From positions 128,001 to 192,000 of the forward strand of contig CAWDGJ010000001.1 of assembly GCA_963801815.1 (NCBI GenBank): DNA of 64,000 nucleotides. Direction: 5' to 3'. The DNA is from an uncultured Verrucomicrobiae bacterium. Its GTDB lineage: Bacteria > Verrucomicrobiota > Verrucomicrobiia > Chthoniobacterales > UBA10450. The notes under the pieces were generated by a model. The model searched no databases. It saw only the letters and a program-made list of their open reading frames with translations, and was not told where the DNA came from. The position numbers and the translations under genes are program-made. This document shows, in pieces, positions 8,500-16,608 of this stretch; position 1 is the first letter of the stretch; the number at the start of each line of letters is the position of its first letter.

Positions 8500-9258
8500 T
8501 TATCGCCTACGCAGCCAGGCGGACGTGCCGTATTTTTGCTCTGCAATCTCCTGGGCGCGTGCGATCAAAGCGGCGTCTAATTTTTTCCAGCAATGCTCGC
8601 GGCAAAGCGCCCTCGCAAACAGAGCAGCGAGGTCATTTCCAAACTCCGCATTCTGAATGCTGCCTTGCTGCAGAAATCCGCGACGCGTTCGTCTTTGCGC
8701 TGCGCCGGCGATTTTTCGCCCGTTCAACAGAACGTCAGCGCGAACCGGATTTGCGAAACAGAGCTCTTGTTTGTAGCGGCGGTCTATGACCGCCGAATCT
8801 TTTTCCGGTCTGCGCTCACAGAGCGCCGCTACACACGTTCCATTCGCTGCCAACGCCGCAGCTAACGCACGATGTACCTTCTCGTAGATCGACATCGACG
8901 ATTCCTCAAACGTCCGGACGCCCGCAGGAATCACGAGGGAGTAAGTTAAATCTTCGCCATGGAAGACAATTCCGCCTCCGGTCCAGCGTCGAACACTGTC
9001 GCGGTTGTAGCCGGCGACATCTTCAAATCGTCCAAAATATCCGAACGAGAGCGCCGGATGATTCCACTGGTAGAACCGAATCGATGGGACCGTTGCGGTT
9101 TCGAACAACGCTTCATCGATCGCCATATTGAGCGCCGCGCTTCGAGGGTCGGCGTCATGATAAACGTCCAATGCAGGAAACAAGCAGGCTAAACCCTCAC
9201 CTGCCGTAAAGCCGGCTTCCTCTCCCTGAGGGACAGGCGGGAGGTAAGGGCGAATCAT
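8500..9258 (-). CDS. Lipoate-protein ligase A / LipM family protein with in-frame REP doublet
   Basis: NMAIDEAL, RFYQW..PALSFGYF, VRRWTGGG.V.H..DLTYS, CF, GRKIAGAAQRR. Confidence 0.88.
   Translation of the reverse strand: MIRPYLPPVPQGEEAGFTAGEGLACLFPALDVYHDADPRSAALNMAIDEALFETATVPSIRFYQWNHPALSFGYFGRFEDVAGYNRDSVRRWTGGGIVFHGEDLTYSLVIPAGVRTFEESSMSIYEKVHRALAAALAANGTCVAALCERRPEKDSAVIDRRYKQELCFANPVRADVLLNGRKIAGAAQRRTRRGFLQQGSIQNAEFGNDLAALFARALCREHCWKKLDAALIARAQEIAEQKYGTSAWLRRR
8772..8833. repeat. GTAG REP doublet (REPIN) inside CDS
   Basis: TGTAGCGGCGGTCTATGACCGCCG...GCGCTCACAGAGCGCCGCTACA; left REP matches the RAYT-flanking REP at 23 of 24 nt. Confidence 0.9.
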
Positions 9259-9938
9259 GTTAGTTCCTGCAAAATCTTCTCGAGCGCTTCCCGCGGATTC
9301 TTATGCGCGGTGATCGGCCGGCCGATCACCAAATAATCTGCGCCTGCCTCAATCGCTTCGCGTGGCGTCATTGTGCGCTTTTGATCGCCAGTTTCCGCCC
9401 ATGTCGGTCGAATTCCCGGGACTACGATTTTGATTTTGTGGCCGAACTTTTCCCGAAGTGGTTTGATTTCATGTGGGCTCGCCACAACGCCGTCGATCCC
9501 ATTTTCAACCCCAAGTTTCGCCAGGCGCAAAACCTGGTGCTCGATCTTATCTGAGATTCCTATTTCACGCAGCGTCGCCTCGGTTGAGCTTGTCAAAACT
9601 GTCACTCCCAAAATCGACATCTGGCCCTTTTTTGCTTTTGCCGCGGCGCGAATCATCTCGCCGCCGCCGCTCAAGTGAATCGTCAACATCTGAGCGCCAA
9701 GTGTGCTCGCTGATTCTACGGCTTTGGCGACAGTGTTCGGAATATCGTGAAGCTTGAGGTCGAGAAAAACTTTAGCGCCGGCCGAGAGCACGATTCGCAC
9801 GATTTCAGGTCCTTCCGCGGTGTAGAGTTGCAGGCCGATCTTGAAAAACGAAGTCTCCGGACGCAGTTGCTCGACTAACCGTAAAGCCTCGCTACTGGAC
9901 GGCACGTCCAGGGCGACAATGATTTTGCTTTCTGTCAT
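9255..9938 (-). CDS. pyrF: Orotidine-5'-phosphate decarboxylase
   Basis: IVALD, FLDLKLHDIPNTV, VPGIRP, DQKR, VIGRPIT. Confidence 0.98.
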   Translation of the reverse strand: MTESKIIVALDVPSSSEALRLVEQLRPETSFFKIGLQLYTAEGPEIVRIVLSAGAKVFLDLKLHDIPNTVAKAVESASTLGAQMLTIHLSGGGEMIRAAAKAKKGQMSILGVTVLTSSTEATLREIGISDKIEHQVLRLAKLGVENGIDGVVASPHEIKPLREKFGHKIKIVVPGIRPTWAETGDQKRTMTPREAIEAGADYLVIGRPITAHKNPREALEKILQELT

Positions 9939-10047
9939 TCCGAGGTAGCGGCGATTGACGTGCCCGTCCGGTTCGGCCTCGCCTTGTGGCGGTTCGGTAA
10001 ACCGCCGCTACCAAAAGAGAGATTCCTCGACTTCGCTCGGAATGACA
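9933..10047. repeat. TGTCATTCCGAG-type palindromic element with nested GTAG REPIN (9945-10011)
   Basis: Terminal IR TGTCATTCCGAG (9933-9944) / CTCGGAATGACA (10036-10047); inner GTAGCGGCG...CGCCGCTAC. Confidence 0.8.
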
Positions 10048-10061
10048 AAGAAATTGTGCAA

Positions 10062-10889
10062 ATGGAGATTCTCGCTCCGGCAAAGGTCAATCTCTCGCTG
10101 CGCGTCCTCGGGAAACGCCCGGATGGTTTCCACGAAATCGAAACCCTCATCGCGCCGGTTTCGCTCTACGACAAAATCGACCTCGAGAAGCAAAATCGCT
10201 GGATCGACTTCAGTTGCAACGATCCAACGCTTTCCAGCGGCGATGACAATCTGGTTGTGCGCGCCGCGAACCTTTTTCTCGAGCACGCGAAGATCAATAG
10301 CGGCGTCTCAATTAAGCTGCAGAAAAAGATTCCGCACGGCGCCGGTCTGGGCGGCGGCAGCAGCGACGCCGCGGCGACCTTGCGCGGTCTGAACGACCTT
10401 TTTGAAACCGAATTGTCGGGCAAAGAGTTGGGAAAACTGGCAGCGACGATCGGGTCCGATGTTCCGTTCTTCCTTTTTGAATCAGCAGCAATCTGTAAAG
10501 GCCGCGGCGAAATTGTCGAGCCGATGAAATTGAAACAGAAGTTGCCGATCTTGTTATTGAAGCCGGCATTCGGTGTCGCGAGCGCATGGGCTTATTCCCG
10601 GTGGAAAGAAGCAAAAAAGATCCCCGGAATTTCGTATGATGCGCAGACCTGCGTAGGGCAGACCTTAGTTAACGATCTCGAGCAACCGGTCTTCGAGAAA
10701 TTCGTTTTCCTCGCGCAGTTGAAGACCTGGTTACTGAAACAAGCTGAAGTTGTCGCTGCCCTGATGTCAGGTTCGGGCTCCACGGTTTTTGCGGTTCTGC
10801 ACGACAAAGCCAGCGCCGATTCGTTAGCAGAGCGGATGCGAAAAGAACTGGATCGCGAGATTTGGACTTGCGCCGTTCAAACGCTCTGA
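10062..10889 (+). CDS. ispE: 4-diphosphocytidyl-2C-methyl-D-erythritol kinase
   Basis: APAKVNLSL, KKIPHGAGLGGGSSDAA, GSDVPFF, NDLE, MSGSGS; ORF-track extension upstream is repeat sequence. Confidence 0.97.
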   Translation: MEILAPAKVNLSLRVLGKRPDGFHEIETLIAPVSLYDKIDLEKQNRWIDFSCNDPTLSSGDDNLVVRAANLFLEHAKINSGVSIKLQKKIPHGAGLGGGSSDAAATLRGLNDLFETELSGKELGKLAATIGSDVPFFLFESAAICKGRGEIVEPMKLKQKLPILLLKPAFGVASAWAYSRWKEAKKIPGISYDAQTCVGQTLVNDLEQPVFEKFVFLAQLKTWLLKQAEVVAALMSGSGSTVFAVLHDKASADSLAERMRKELDREIWTCAVQTL

Positions 10890-10892
10890 TCG

Positions 10893-10983
10893 GGTGGATC
10901 GAGCAGTCCCTTGCTCGATGTTAGAGGCTCGCGGCCGTCGGCCGCCTAGAATTAAACATCGCCCGCGGAGCGGCCGATCCACC
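10893..10983. repeat. GTGG-type REP doublet between convergent ispE and sdhB
   Basis: GGTGGATCGAGCAGTCCCTTGCTCGATG...CATCGCCCGCGGAGCGGCCGATCCACC; second copy at 63034. Confidence 0.9.
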
Positions 10984-11738
10984 TATTCGCCGGCGCTACG
11001 TTTCAAACTCGCCCGCGAATATTCGCGATTGAGTTTGGCGATAAAACTGGCGCTGATCTCAGCCGGGCAAACCGCTTCGCACTCATACGTGTTCGTGCAA
11101 TTGCCGAAACCTTCAGCGTCCATTGCGCGAACCATGCCGATGACGCGCCTCGCCCGCTCCGGTTGGCCCTGAGGCAACAGCGCAAGATGCGAAACTTTTG
11201 CCGCGGTGAAAAGCATTGCGGACGCGTTCGGACAAGCCGCCGCGCATGCGCCGCATCCGATACATGCCGCCGCTTCCATCGAAAGATCGGCGTCGTGTTT
11301 CGAAATCGGAACCGAATTCGCTTCCGGCGCCGAGCCCGCGCGTGCCGAAATGAATCCGCCGGCCCGAACAATCCGATCGAGGGCGCTCCGATCGATCACT
11401 AAATCCTTAATGATCGGAAAGCCTTTTACTCGAAATGGCTCGATCACGATCGTGTCGCCGTCTTTGAATCTTCGCATGTAAAGTTCGCAGGCAGCGCCGG
11501 GATGGTCTGGACCGTGTGCTTCCCCGTTCACCGTGAGCGAACAAGTGCCGCAAATTCCTTCGCGACAATCGGAATCGAAAGCGATGGGTTGTTCGCCTTT
11601 CAGAAGCAGACGCTCATTGACGATATCGAGCATCTCGAGCAAGGACGCTTGCGGCGGAATGTCGGCTGCGTCGTAATCGACAAGCGTTCCAGCCGAGTTT
11701 CGGTCTTTTTGCCGCCAGACTTTGAGTTTGAAGTTCAT
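10983..11738 (-). CDS. sdhB: Succinate dehydrogenase/fumarate reductase Fe-S subunit
   Basis: [36 protein letters not shown]. Confidence 0.97.
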   Translation of the reverse strand: MNFKLKVWRQKDRNSAGTLVDYDAADIPPQASLLEMLDIVNERLLLKGEQPIAFDSDCREGICGTCSLTVNGEAHGPDHPGAACELYMRRFKDGDTIVIEPFRVKGFPIIKDLVIDRSALDRIVRAGGFISARAGSAPEANSVPISKHDADLSMEAAACIGCGACAAACPNASAMLFTAAKVSHLALLPQGQPERARRVIGMVRAMDAEGFGNCTNTYECEAVCPAEISASFIAKLNREYSRASLKRSAGE

Positions 11739-13666
11739 TTATAGCTGCGCTGAGTCAGATGTACCGTTTCGAAGTGAAGGGGTTCGCGATGCAATTTCGG
11801 TGGCGTGATGGTCCCGTTACATCCCTGAAATTCCCACGCAAAAACCGCGGTGAAATTGTCATCGTCGCGCAATGCCTCGCCTTCGGGCGTTTGATGTTCT
11901 TCGCGAAAATGTGCGCCGCACGATTCATCGCGGGTGAGCGCGTCGATGCACATCAATTCGGCGAACTCGAGAAAATCGGCTACCCGTCCGGCGCGTTCGA
12001 GCGACTGATTGAAGTCTTCGCCATCACCGGGAACACGCACTTCACGCCAAAATCGTTGACGGAGCTCTGGAATTTTTCGGAGCGCCTCTTCGAGCCCGGC
12101 CTTGTTTCGCGCCATGCCGCATTTGTCCCAAAGCAACGTGCCAAGCTCGCGATGAATCGAATCGAGCGATCGATTACCATTCACCCTAAGTAATTTCTGA
12201 ATCTTCGCACGCACATCGTTTTCGGCGTCTTTAAATTCCGGAGCGTCCGTTGAGGGTCGTCGGCCCACTTGTCCCGCGAGATAATTTGGAAGCGTGTAGG
12301 GCAAAACAAAATAACCGTCGGCCAGGCCTTGCATGAGCGCGCTTGCCCCGAGGCGGTTCGCACCGTGATCGGAAAAGTTCGCTTCGCCGATGACGAACAA
12401 ACCGGGGATGTTGCTCATCAGGTTGTAATCAACCCACAGGCCGCCCATTGTGTAATGAACGGCGGGATAAATCCGCATCGGAACTTTGTAGGCATTCTCG
12501 CCGGTGATTTTCTCATAAACTTCAAATAAGTTTCCGTAACGCTCGGCAATTGTTTGTTCACTGAGACGCTTGATCGCGTCCGCGAAATCGAGATAAACAC
12601 CGCGACCGCCAGGGCCGACGCCACGGCCTTCGTCGCAGACTTCCTTGGCCGCGCGGGAAGAGATGTCGCGGGGAGAGAGATTGCCGAAAGCCGGATACTT
12701 TCGTTCGAGATAATAATCGCGGTCCTTTTCGGGAATCTCGTTTGGAGGTTTTGTGCAATCTTCCTTTCGCTTTGGGACCCAAACGCGTCCGTCGTTCCGG
12801 AGCGATTCAGACATCAACGTTAGTTTTGACTGGTAATCGCCCGAGTGCGGAATGCAGGTGGGATGGATCTGGGTGAAACAGGGGTTGGCGAAGAGTGCGC
12901 CCTTTTTGTAAGCGCGATAGGTGGCAGTCACATTGCAACCGCGCGCGTTGGTCGAAAGATAAAAAACGTTTCCGTATCCGCCGGTGGCGAGCACAACGGC
13001 GTCGCCCGAGACGTTTTCGATCTGGCCGGTCCGCAGATTCCGGGTGACAATTCCTTTGGCGTGACCGTCAACAATAACGACATCAAGCATTTCGGTCTGA
13101 GGAAACATTTGCACGGTGCCGGCATCGATCTGGTGGCAAAGTGCCGAATAACAGCCCAGCAAGAGTTGTTGGCCAGTTTGCCCGCGCGCATAAAACGTTC
13201 GTGAAACCTGTGCGCCGCCGAACGAACGATTCGCGAGCAGGCCGCCGTACTCGCGCGCGAATGGAACGCCCTGAGCGACGCATTGATCGATGATGTTGCC
13301 GCTAACTTCTGCGAGTCGATAGACGTTCGCTTCGCGCGAGCGAAAATCACCCCCTTTGATTGTGTCATAAAACAAGCGATAAACGCTGTCGCCATCGTTC
13401 TGATAATTTTTCGCGGCATTGATTCCGCCCTGGGCCGCAATTGAATGGGCGCGGCGCGCCGAATCCTGATAGCAAAAGCATTTCACCCGGTAACCGAGTT
13501 CGCCGAGTGTTGCCGCCGCCGAACCACCGGCGAGTCCCGAGCCAACGACAATTATTTCGAATTTGCGGCGGTTGTTTGGACTAACGAGCCGGGCGTGGTC
13601 CTTGTGGCTCGTCCATTTTCGATCGAGCGGACCGCCCGGAGTTTTCGGATCGAGATTCCCAATCAT
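11735..13666 (-). CDS. sdhA: Succinate dehydrogenase/fumarate reductase flavoprotein subunit
   Basis: [42 protein letters not shown]. Confidence 0.98.
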   Translation of the reverse strand: MIGNLDPKTPGGPLDRKWTSHKDHARLVSPNNRRKFEIIVVGSGLAGGSAAATLGELGYRVKCFCYQDSARRAHSIAAQGGINAAKNYQNDGDSVYRLFYDTIKGGDFRSREANVYRLAEVSGNIIDQCVAQGVPFAREYGGLLANRSFGGAQVSRTFYARGQTGQQLLLGCYSALCHQIDAGTVQMFPQTEMLDVVIVDGHAKGIVTRNLRTGQIENVSGDAVVLATGGYGNVFYLSTNARGCNVTATYRAYKKGALFANPCFTQIHPTCIPHSGDYQSKLTLMSESLRNDGRVWVPKRKEDCTKPPNEIPEKDRDYYLERKYPAFGNLSPRDISSRAAKEVCDEGRGVGPGGRGVYLDFADAIKRLSEQTIAERYGNLFEVYEKITGENAYKVPMRIYPAVHYTMGGLWVDYNLMSNIPGLFVIGEANFSDHGANRLGASALMQGLADGYFVLPYTLPNYLAGQVGRRPSTDAPEFKDAENDVRAKIQKLLRVNGNRSLDSIHRELGTLLWDKCGMARNKAGLEEALRKIPELRQRFWREVRVPGDGEDFNQSLERAGRVADFLEFAELMCIDALTRDESCGAHFREEHQTPEGEALRDDDNFTAVFAWEFQGCNGTITPPKLHREPLHFETVHLTQRSYK

Positions 13667-13677
13667 ACGAAACAGGC

Positions 13678-13825
13678 TTCGAAATTCGAATGTCGAAGCT
13701 CCAAACAAATTCGAAGGACAAAATGTCCAAATCGCTCCAACTTGCCTGCGTGGGTTGCCCGGTATTTGGAGCTTGGAAGTTTTCCTATCCTTGTTTCGGA
13801 TTTCGAGATTCGGATTTCGAATTTC
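13678..13825. repeat. Heptamer-built inverted repeat between sdhC and sdhA
   Basis: TTCGAAA/TTCGAAT left arm; TTCGGAT/TTCGAGA/TTCGGAT/TTCGAAT right arm; terminal IR GAAATTCGAA. Confidence 0.75.
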
Positions 13826-13828
13826 ATC

Positions 13829-14575
13829 CTAGAGTTGTTGGGCTGGCTTGATGAATCCGAGGAGAACGGCAATCGGGATCGACGTGTAGCCAATGAAAAG
13901 CAGCCACGCAAAAATTCGTCCGGCAACGGCGAGCTTCGGCGTGAGTTTATGATCATTGAGGCCCAACGATTGGAAAAAACTCGACGAGCCGTGCGTGAGA
14001 TGAAGCGTCAGCAAAAATAGTCCGACAACGTAAAACCCCGACACGTAAACGTTTTGGAATCCGTAGACCATCATTGAAAAAACATCGTAGTGCCCAAGCG
14101 CATCCGGTTTAAGCAGCGCGAAGCGGGGGTCGGTGCTACGGAAAGTGAAATGAGCGAGGTGATAAACTACGAACGCGAGCACGACTAAACCGCTCACGAC
14201 CATGTGGCGCGATGCCCAGCTGGCTTTGACGTAATTCCGATCGCGGTAGGCTTCGGGGCGGGCGCGTCGATTTTCGACCGCGAGCAGAATCGTGAAATAA
14301 ATATGCACGATCACGCTCGCGAGAAGAAAAGCACGAATCATCCAAAGAATGGGACCGAGATCGTGCAAGTGCTGTGAATAGCCGTTGATCCAATCCGGGC
14401 CTAGAAAAATTTGCAGGTTGCCTAACAAATGGCCGACTACGAACAAAATCAGGATCACGCCAGTGACGGCGACGATCATCTTTCTTCCAACAGACGAATG
14501 ACCAAACTCCCGAATGAAGCCGCGCGGCTTCATTCGCACAGTCGCGGCTGCTGCTGATTTTGGCTCGGTCATCAT
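13829..14575 (-). CDS. sdhC: Succinate dehydrogenase cytochrome b subunit
   Basis: SSVGRK...TG, HLLGNL, conserved His in TM helices, HG..S.FQSLG; operon with sdhAB. Confidence 0.95.
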   Translation of the reverse strand: MMTEPKSAAAATVRMKPRGFIREFGHSSVGRKMIVAVTGVILILFVVGHLLGNLQIFLGPDWINGYSQHLHDLGPILWMIRAFLLASVIVHIYFTILLAVENRRARPEAYRDRNYVKASWASRHMVVSGLVVLAFVVYHLAHFTFRSTDPRFALLKPDALGHYDVFSMMVYGFQNVYVSGFYVVGLFLLTLHLTHGSSSFFQSLGLNDHKLTPKLAVAGRIFAWLLFIGYTSIPIAVLLGFIKPAQQL

Positions 14576-15138
14576 TTGCTTCCAGGTTTCACGGCAGGAA
14601 TTTTTTCCAAATCCGGCGGCAATTTGTCCGCCGCGAAATTCTCAACATTCATTTCAACTAAACTGACGAACGGGCAACCGAAATCCGGTTTTTTGTCGCC
14701 GCTACGATCGACAATCACACCAACCGCACGGACGATTCCGTTGTGCGCGCGTACAATGTCGATTGTTTCCTGAACTCGGCCGCCACGGGTAACGACGTCC
14801 TCGACGACGACAAACTTTTCGCCATTGTCGATCTTGAATCCGCGACGGAGCACAAGTTTGCCCTCTTCCTTTTCCACGAAGATGTGTCGTTTGCCTAACG
14901 AGCGGCCGACTTCCTGGCCAACGATAATCCCGCCGAGAGCAGGGGAGACGACCGAGTCACAGTCGAACCGCTGCAATTTGTCCGCCAGCATTTTGCAAAC
15001 GCGGGCGGCGATGTCCGTGTGCTGTAAAAGGATCGCGCACTGAAAATATTCGCGGCTGTGCAAGCCGGAGCGCAAAACAAAATGGCCGTCCAGCAACGCG
15101 CCGGTTTTTCGGAAAAGAGCGAGCAGGTCTTCGCTCAT
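14572..15138 (-). CDS. pyrE: Orotate phosphoribosyltransferase
   Basis: GHFVLRSGLHS, LRRGF, VVEDVVTRGG PRPP motif. Confidence 0.96.
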   Translation of the reverse strand: MSEDLLALFRKTGALLDGHFVLRSGLHSREYFQCAILLQHTDIAARVCKMLADKLQRFDCDSVVSPALGGIIVGQEVGRSLGKRHIFVEKEEGKLVLRRGFKIDNGEKFVVVEDVVTRGGRVQETIDIVRAHNGIVRAVGVIVDRSGDKKPDFGCPFVSLVEMNVENFAADKLPPDLEKIPAVKPGSK

Positions 15139-15548
15139 CCCGACGTATCCGCCACTGTTCGATCACCTTCGCCCGCGACGGCGATGACTTCGATTTCGAT
15201 GCGAACGTTCTTGGGCAGTGCCCCGGCTTGCACGGTCGAGCGCGCGGGCGGCGCTTGTTTGAAATAGCTGCCGTAGACTTCGTTTACCGTCTGAAAATCG
15301 CCAATGTCCGCGAGAAAAATTGTTGTCTTAACGATGTTTTCGAATCCTAAGCTTTCGGCCCTCAGCAAGCCGCCAATGTTCTCCATCACCCGACGCGCCT
15401 GGACGTCGATGCCGCCGGAAACGACCTGCCCGGTCTTAGGATCGAGCGGGATTTGTCCGGAATAATAAATGATCGATCCCACCCGCACACCTTGTGAGTA
15501 CGGGCCGATAGCCGCGGGCGCTTCGTTCGTGGAAATGATTTTCTTCAT
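15135..15548 (-). CDS. ridA: RidA/YjgF enamine deaminase
   Basis: APAAIGPYSQ, SGQIPLDP, PPARS, LPK...IEIE. Confidence 0.93.
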   Translation of the reverse strand: MKKIISTNEAPAAIGPYSQGVRVGSIIYYSGQIPLDPKTGQVVSGGIDVQARRVMENIGGLLRAESLGFENIVKTTIFLADIGDFQTVNEVYGSYFKQAPPARSTVQAGALPKNVRIEIEVIAVAGEGDRTVADTSG

Positions 15549-15582
15549 GCATCGAGCTTAAACAGCCAACCGCCAGACGCAA

Positions 15583-16473
15583 TCATTCTGGCGTCTGCGT
15601 CGGCGAGGCACCTGCCTTTTGTTGGAGCTCGAGTTTGTCGTGAAATTCCTTCTCATAATGGGTCACGAAACGCTTGTAACCGTCGGGATCGATGAACGGG
15701 TTTGGATTTTCGCCGCGGGCCAGACGTTCGCGCTTCTTCAGAAAATCAAAGAACCATCCGTGATCGGAAAGAAAAATGTCGCATGGAAGTTTCTTCAGGA
15801 GAGCGAAGGTTTTTTCGAAATCGGCGGCGATGCCCGGATAACTTTCTTTGCCGACGAGCTGATAATCTAATGCGGTTGGACTGCCAGCGAAAACAACCTG
15901 GTACGTTTTTGCGCCGTCGGAAATCTTTGTCGTCCATGTGGTATTGCCCTTGGTGTGACCGGGCGTGAGCCACGCCGTGAGTTTTTGACCTCCGAGCTCA
16001 ATCGACTCACCGTCGGCGATGATTTGATCGACTTCGACCGGAGGAAACGTGAGCGTGTCACCGAATCGAAAATCTCCGTGGCCACCTTTTCGTAGCAGTT
16101 CCGCGTCCCGCGCACTCGCGACCAACTTGGCGCCGCTCTTTTGTTTCAATTCCGCGAGGCCGCCGGCATGATCGAGATGCGCGTGACTGTTTAGGAGAAT
16201 CTTTACATCCCCGATTTTGAATCCGAGCTGGGCAAGATTTTTTTCGATCTGCGGAGCCGTTTCCACAAATCCGCCGTCGAGCAGGAAATGGCCGTGCGGC
16301 GTTGTGATTAGAAACGAAGTGATTTCTGTTGCACCGACATAGTAAAGATTTCCCGCGATGCGAAACGGCGGGACGGGTTGATTCCAGGCCCGACTAGTTG
16401 GATCTGCCTGGCCAAGAGCAATTGAGGTCATGGCGGCGCTGGAGACGACGATTAGGCGAGCTGAGTAATTCAC
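15583..16473 (-). CDS. Subclass B3 metallo-beta-lactamase; start uncertain
   Basis: Signal peptide, WNQPVPPFRIAGNLYYVG, SHAHLDHAGG, PGHTKG, PCDIFLSDH, NPFIDP. Confidence 0.92.
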   Translation of the reverse strand: MNYSARLIVVSSAAMTSIALGQADPTSRAWNQPVPPFRIAGNLYYVGATEITSFLITTPHGHFLLDGGFVETAPQIEKNLAQLGFKIGDVKILLNSHAHLDHAGGLAELKQKSGAKLVASARDAELLRKGGHGDFRFGDTLTFPPVEVDQIIADGESIELGGQKLTAWLTPGHTKGNTTWTTKISDGAKTYQVVFAGSPTALDYQLVGKESYPGIAADFEKTFALLKKLPCDIFLSDHGWFFDFLKKRERLARGENPNPFIDPDGYKRFVTHYEKEFHDKLELQQKAGASPTQTPE

Positions 16474-16608
16474 ACCAGCGATTCGTCTGAGACCTGCTTC
16501 TCTTTCACGATTTGTTAAAGGACACGGGCCGAATGCCTTCAATATTACCTCTCTGGATTGTGCGTGGGCCATTGCGACTCGCTTAATCTCACCGATATTA
16601 CTTCCTCA

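Noticed and set aside
9960..10061. N-terminal extensions in the ORF track for ispE (also sdhA, 36208, 47164, 62003)
   Set aside because: They are translations of upstream repeats or attC; downstream starts match family N-termini.
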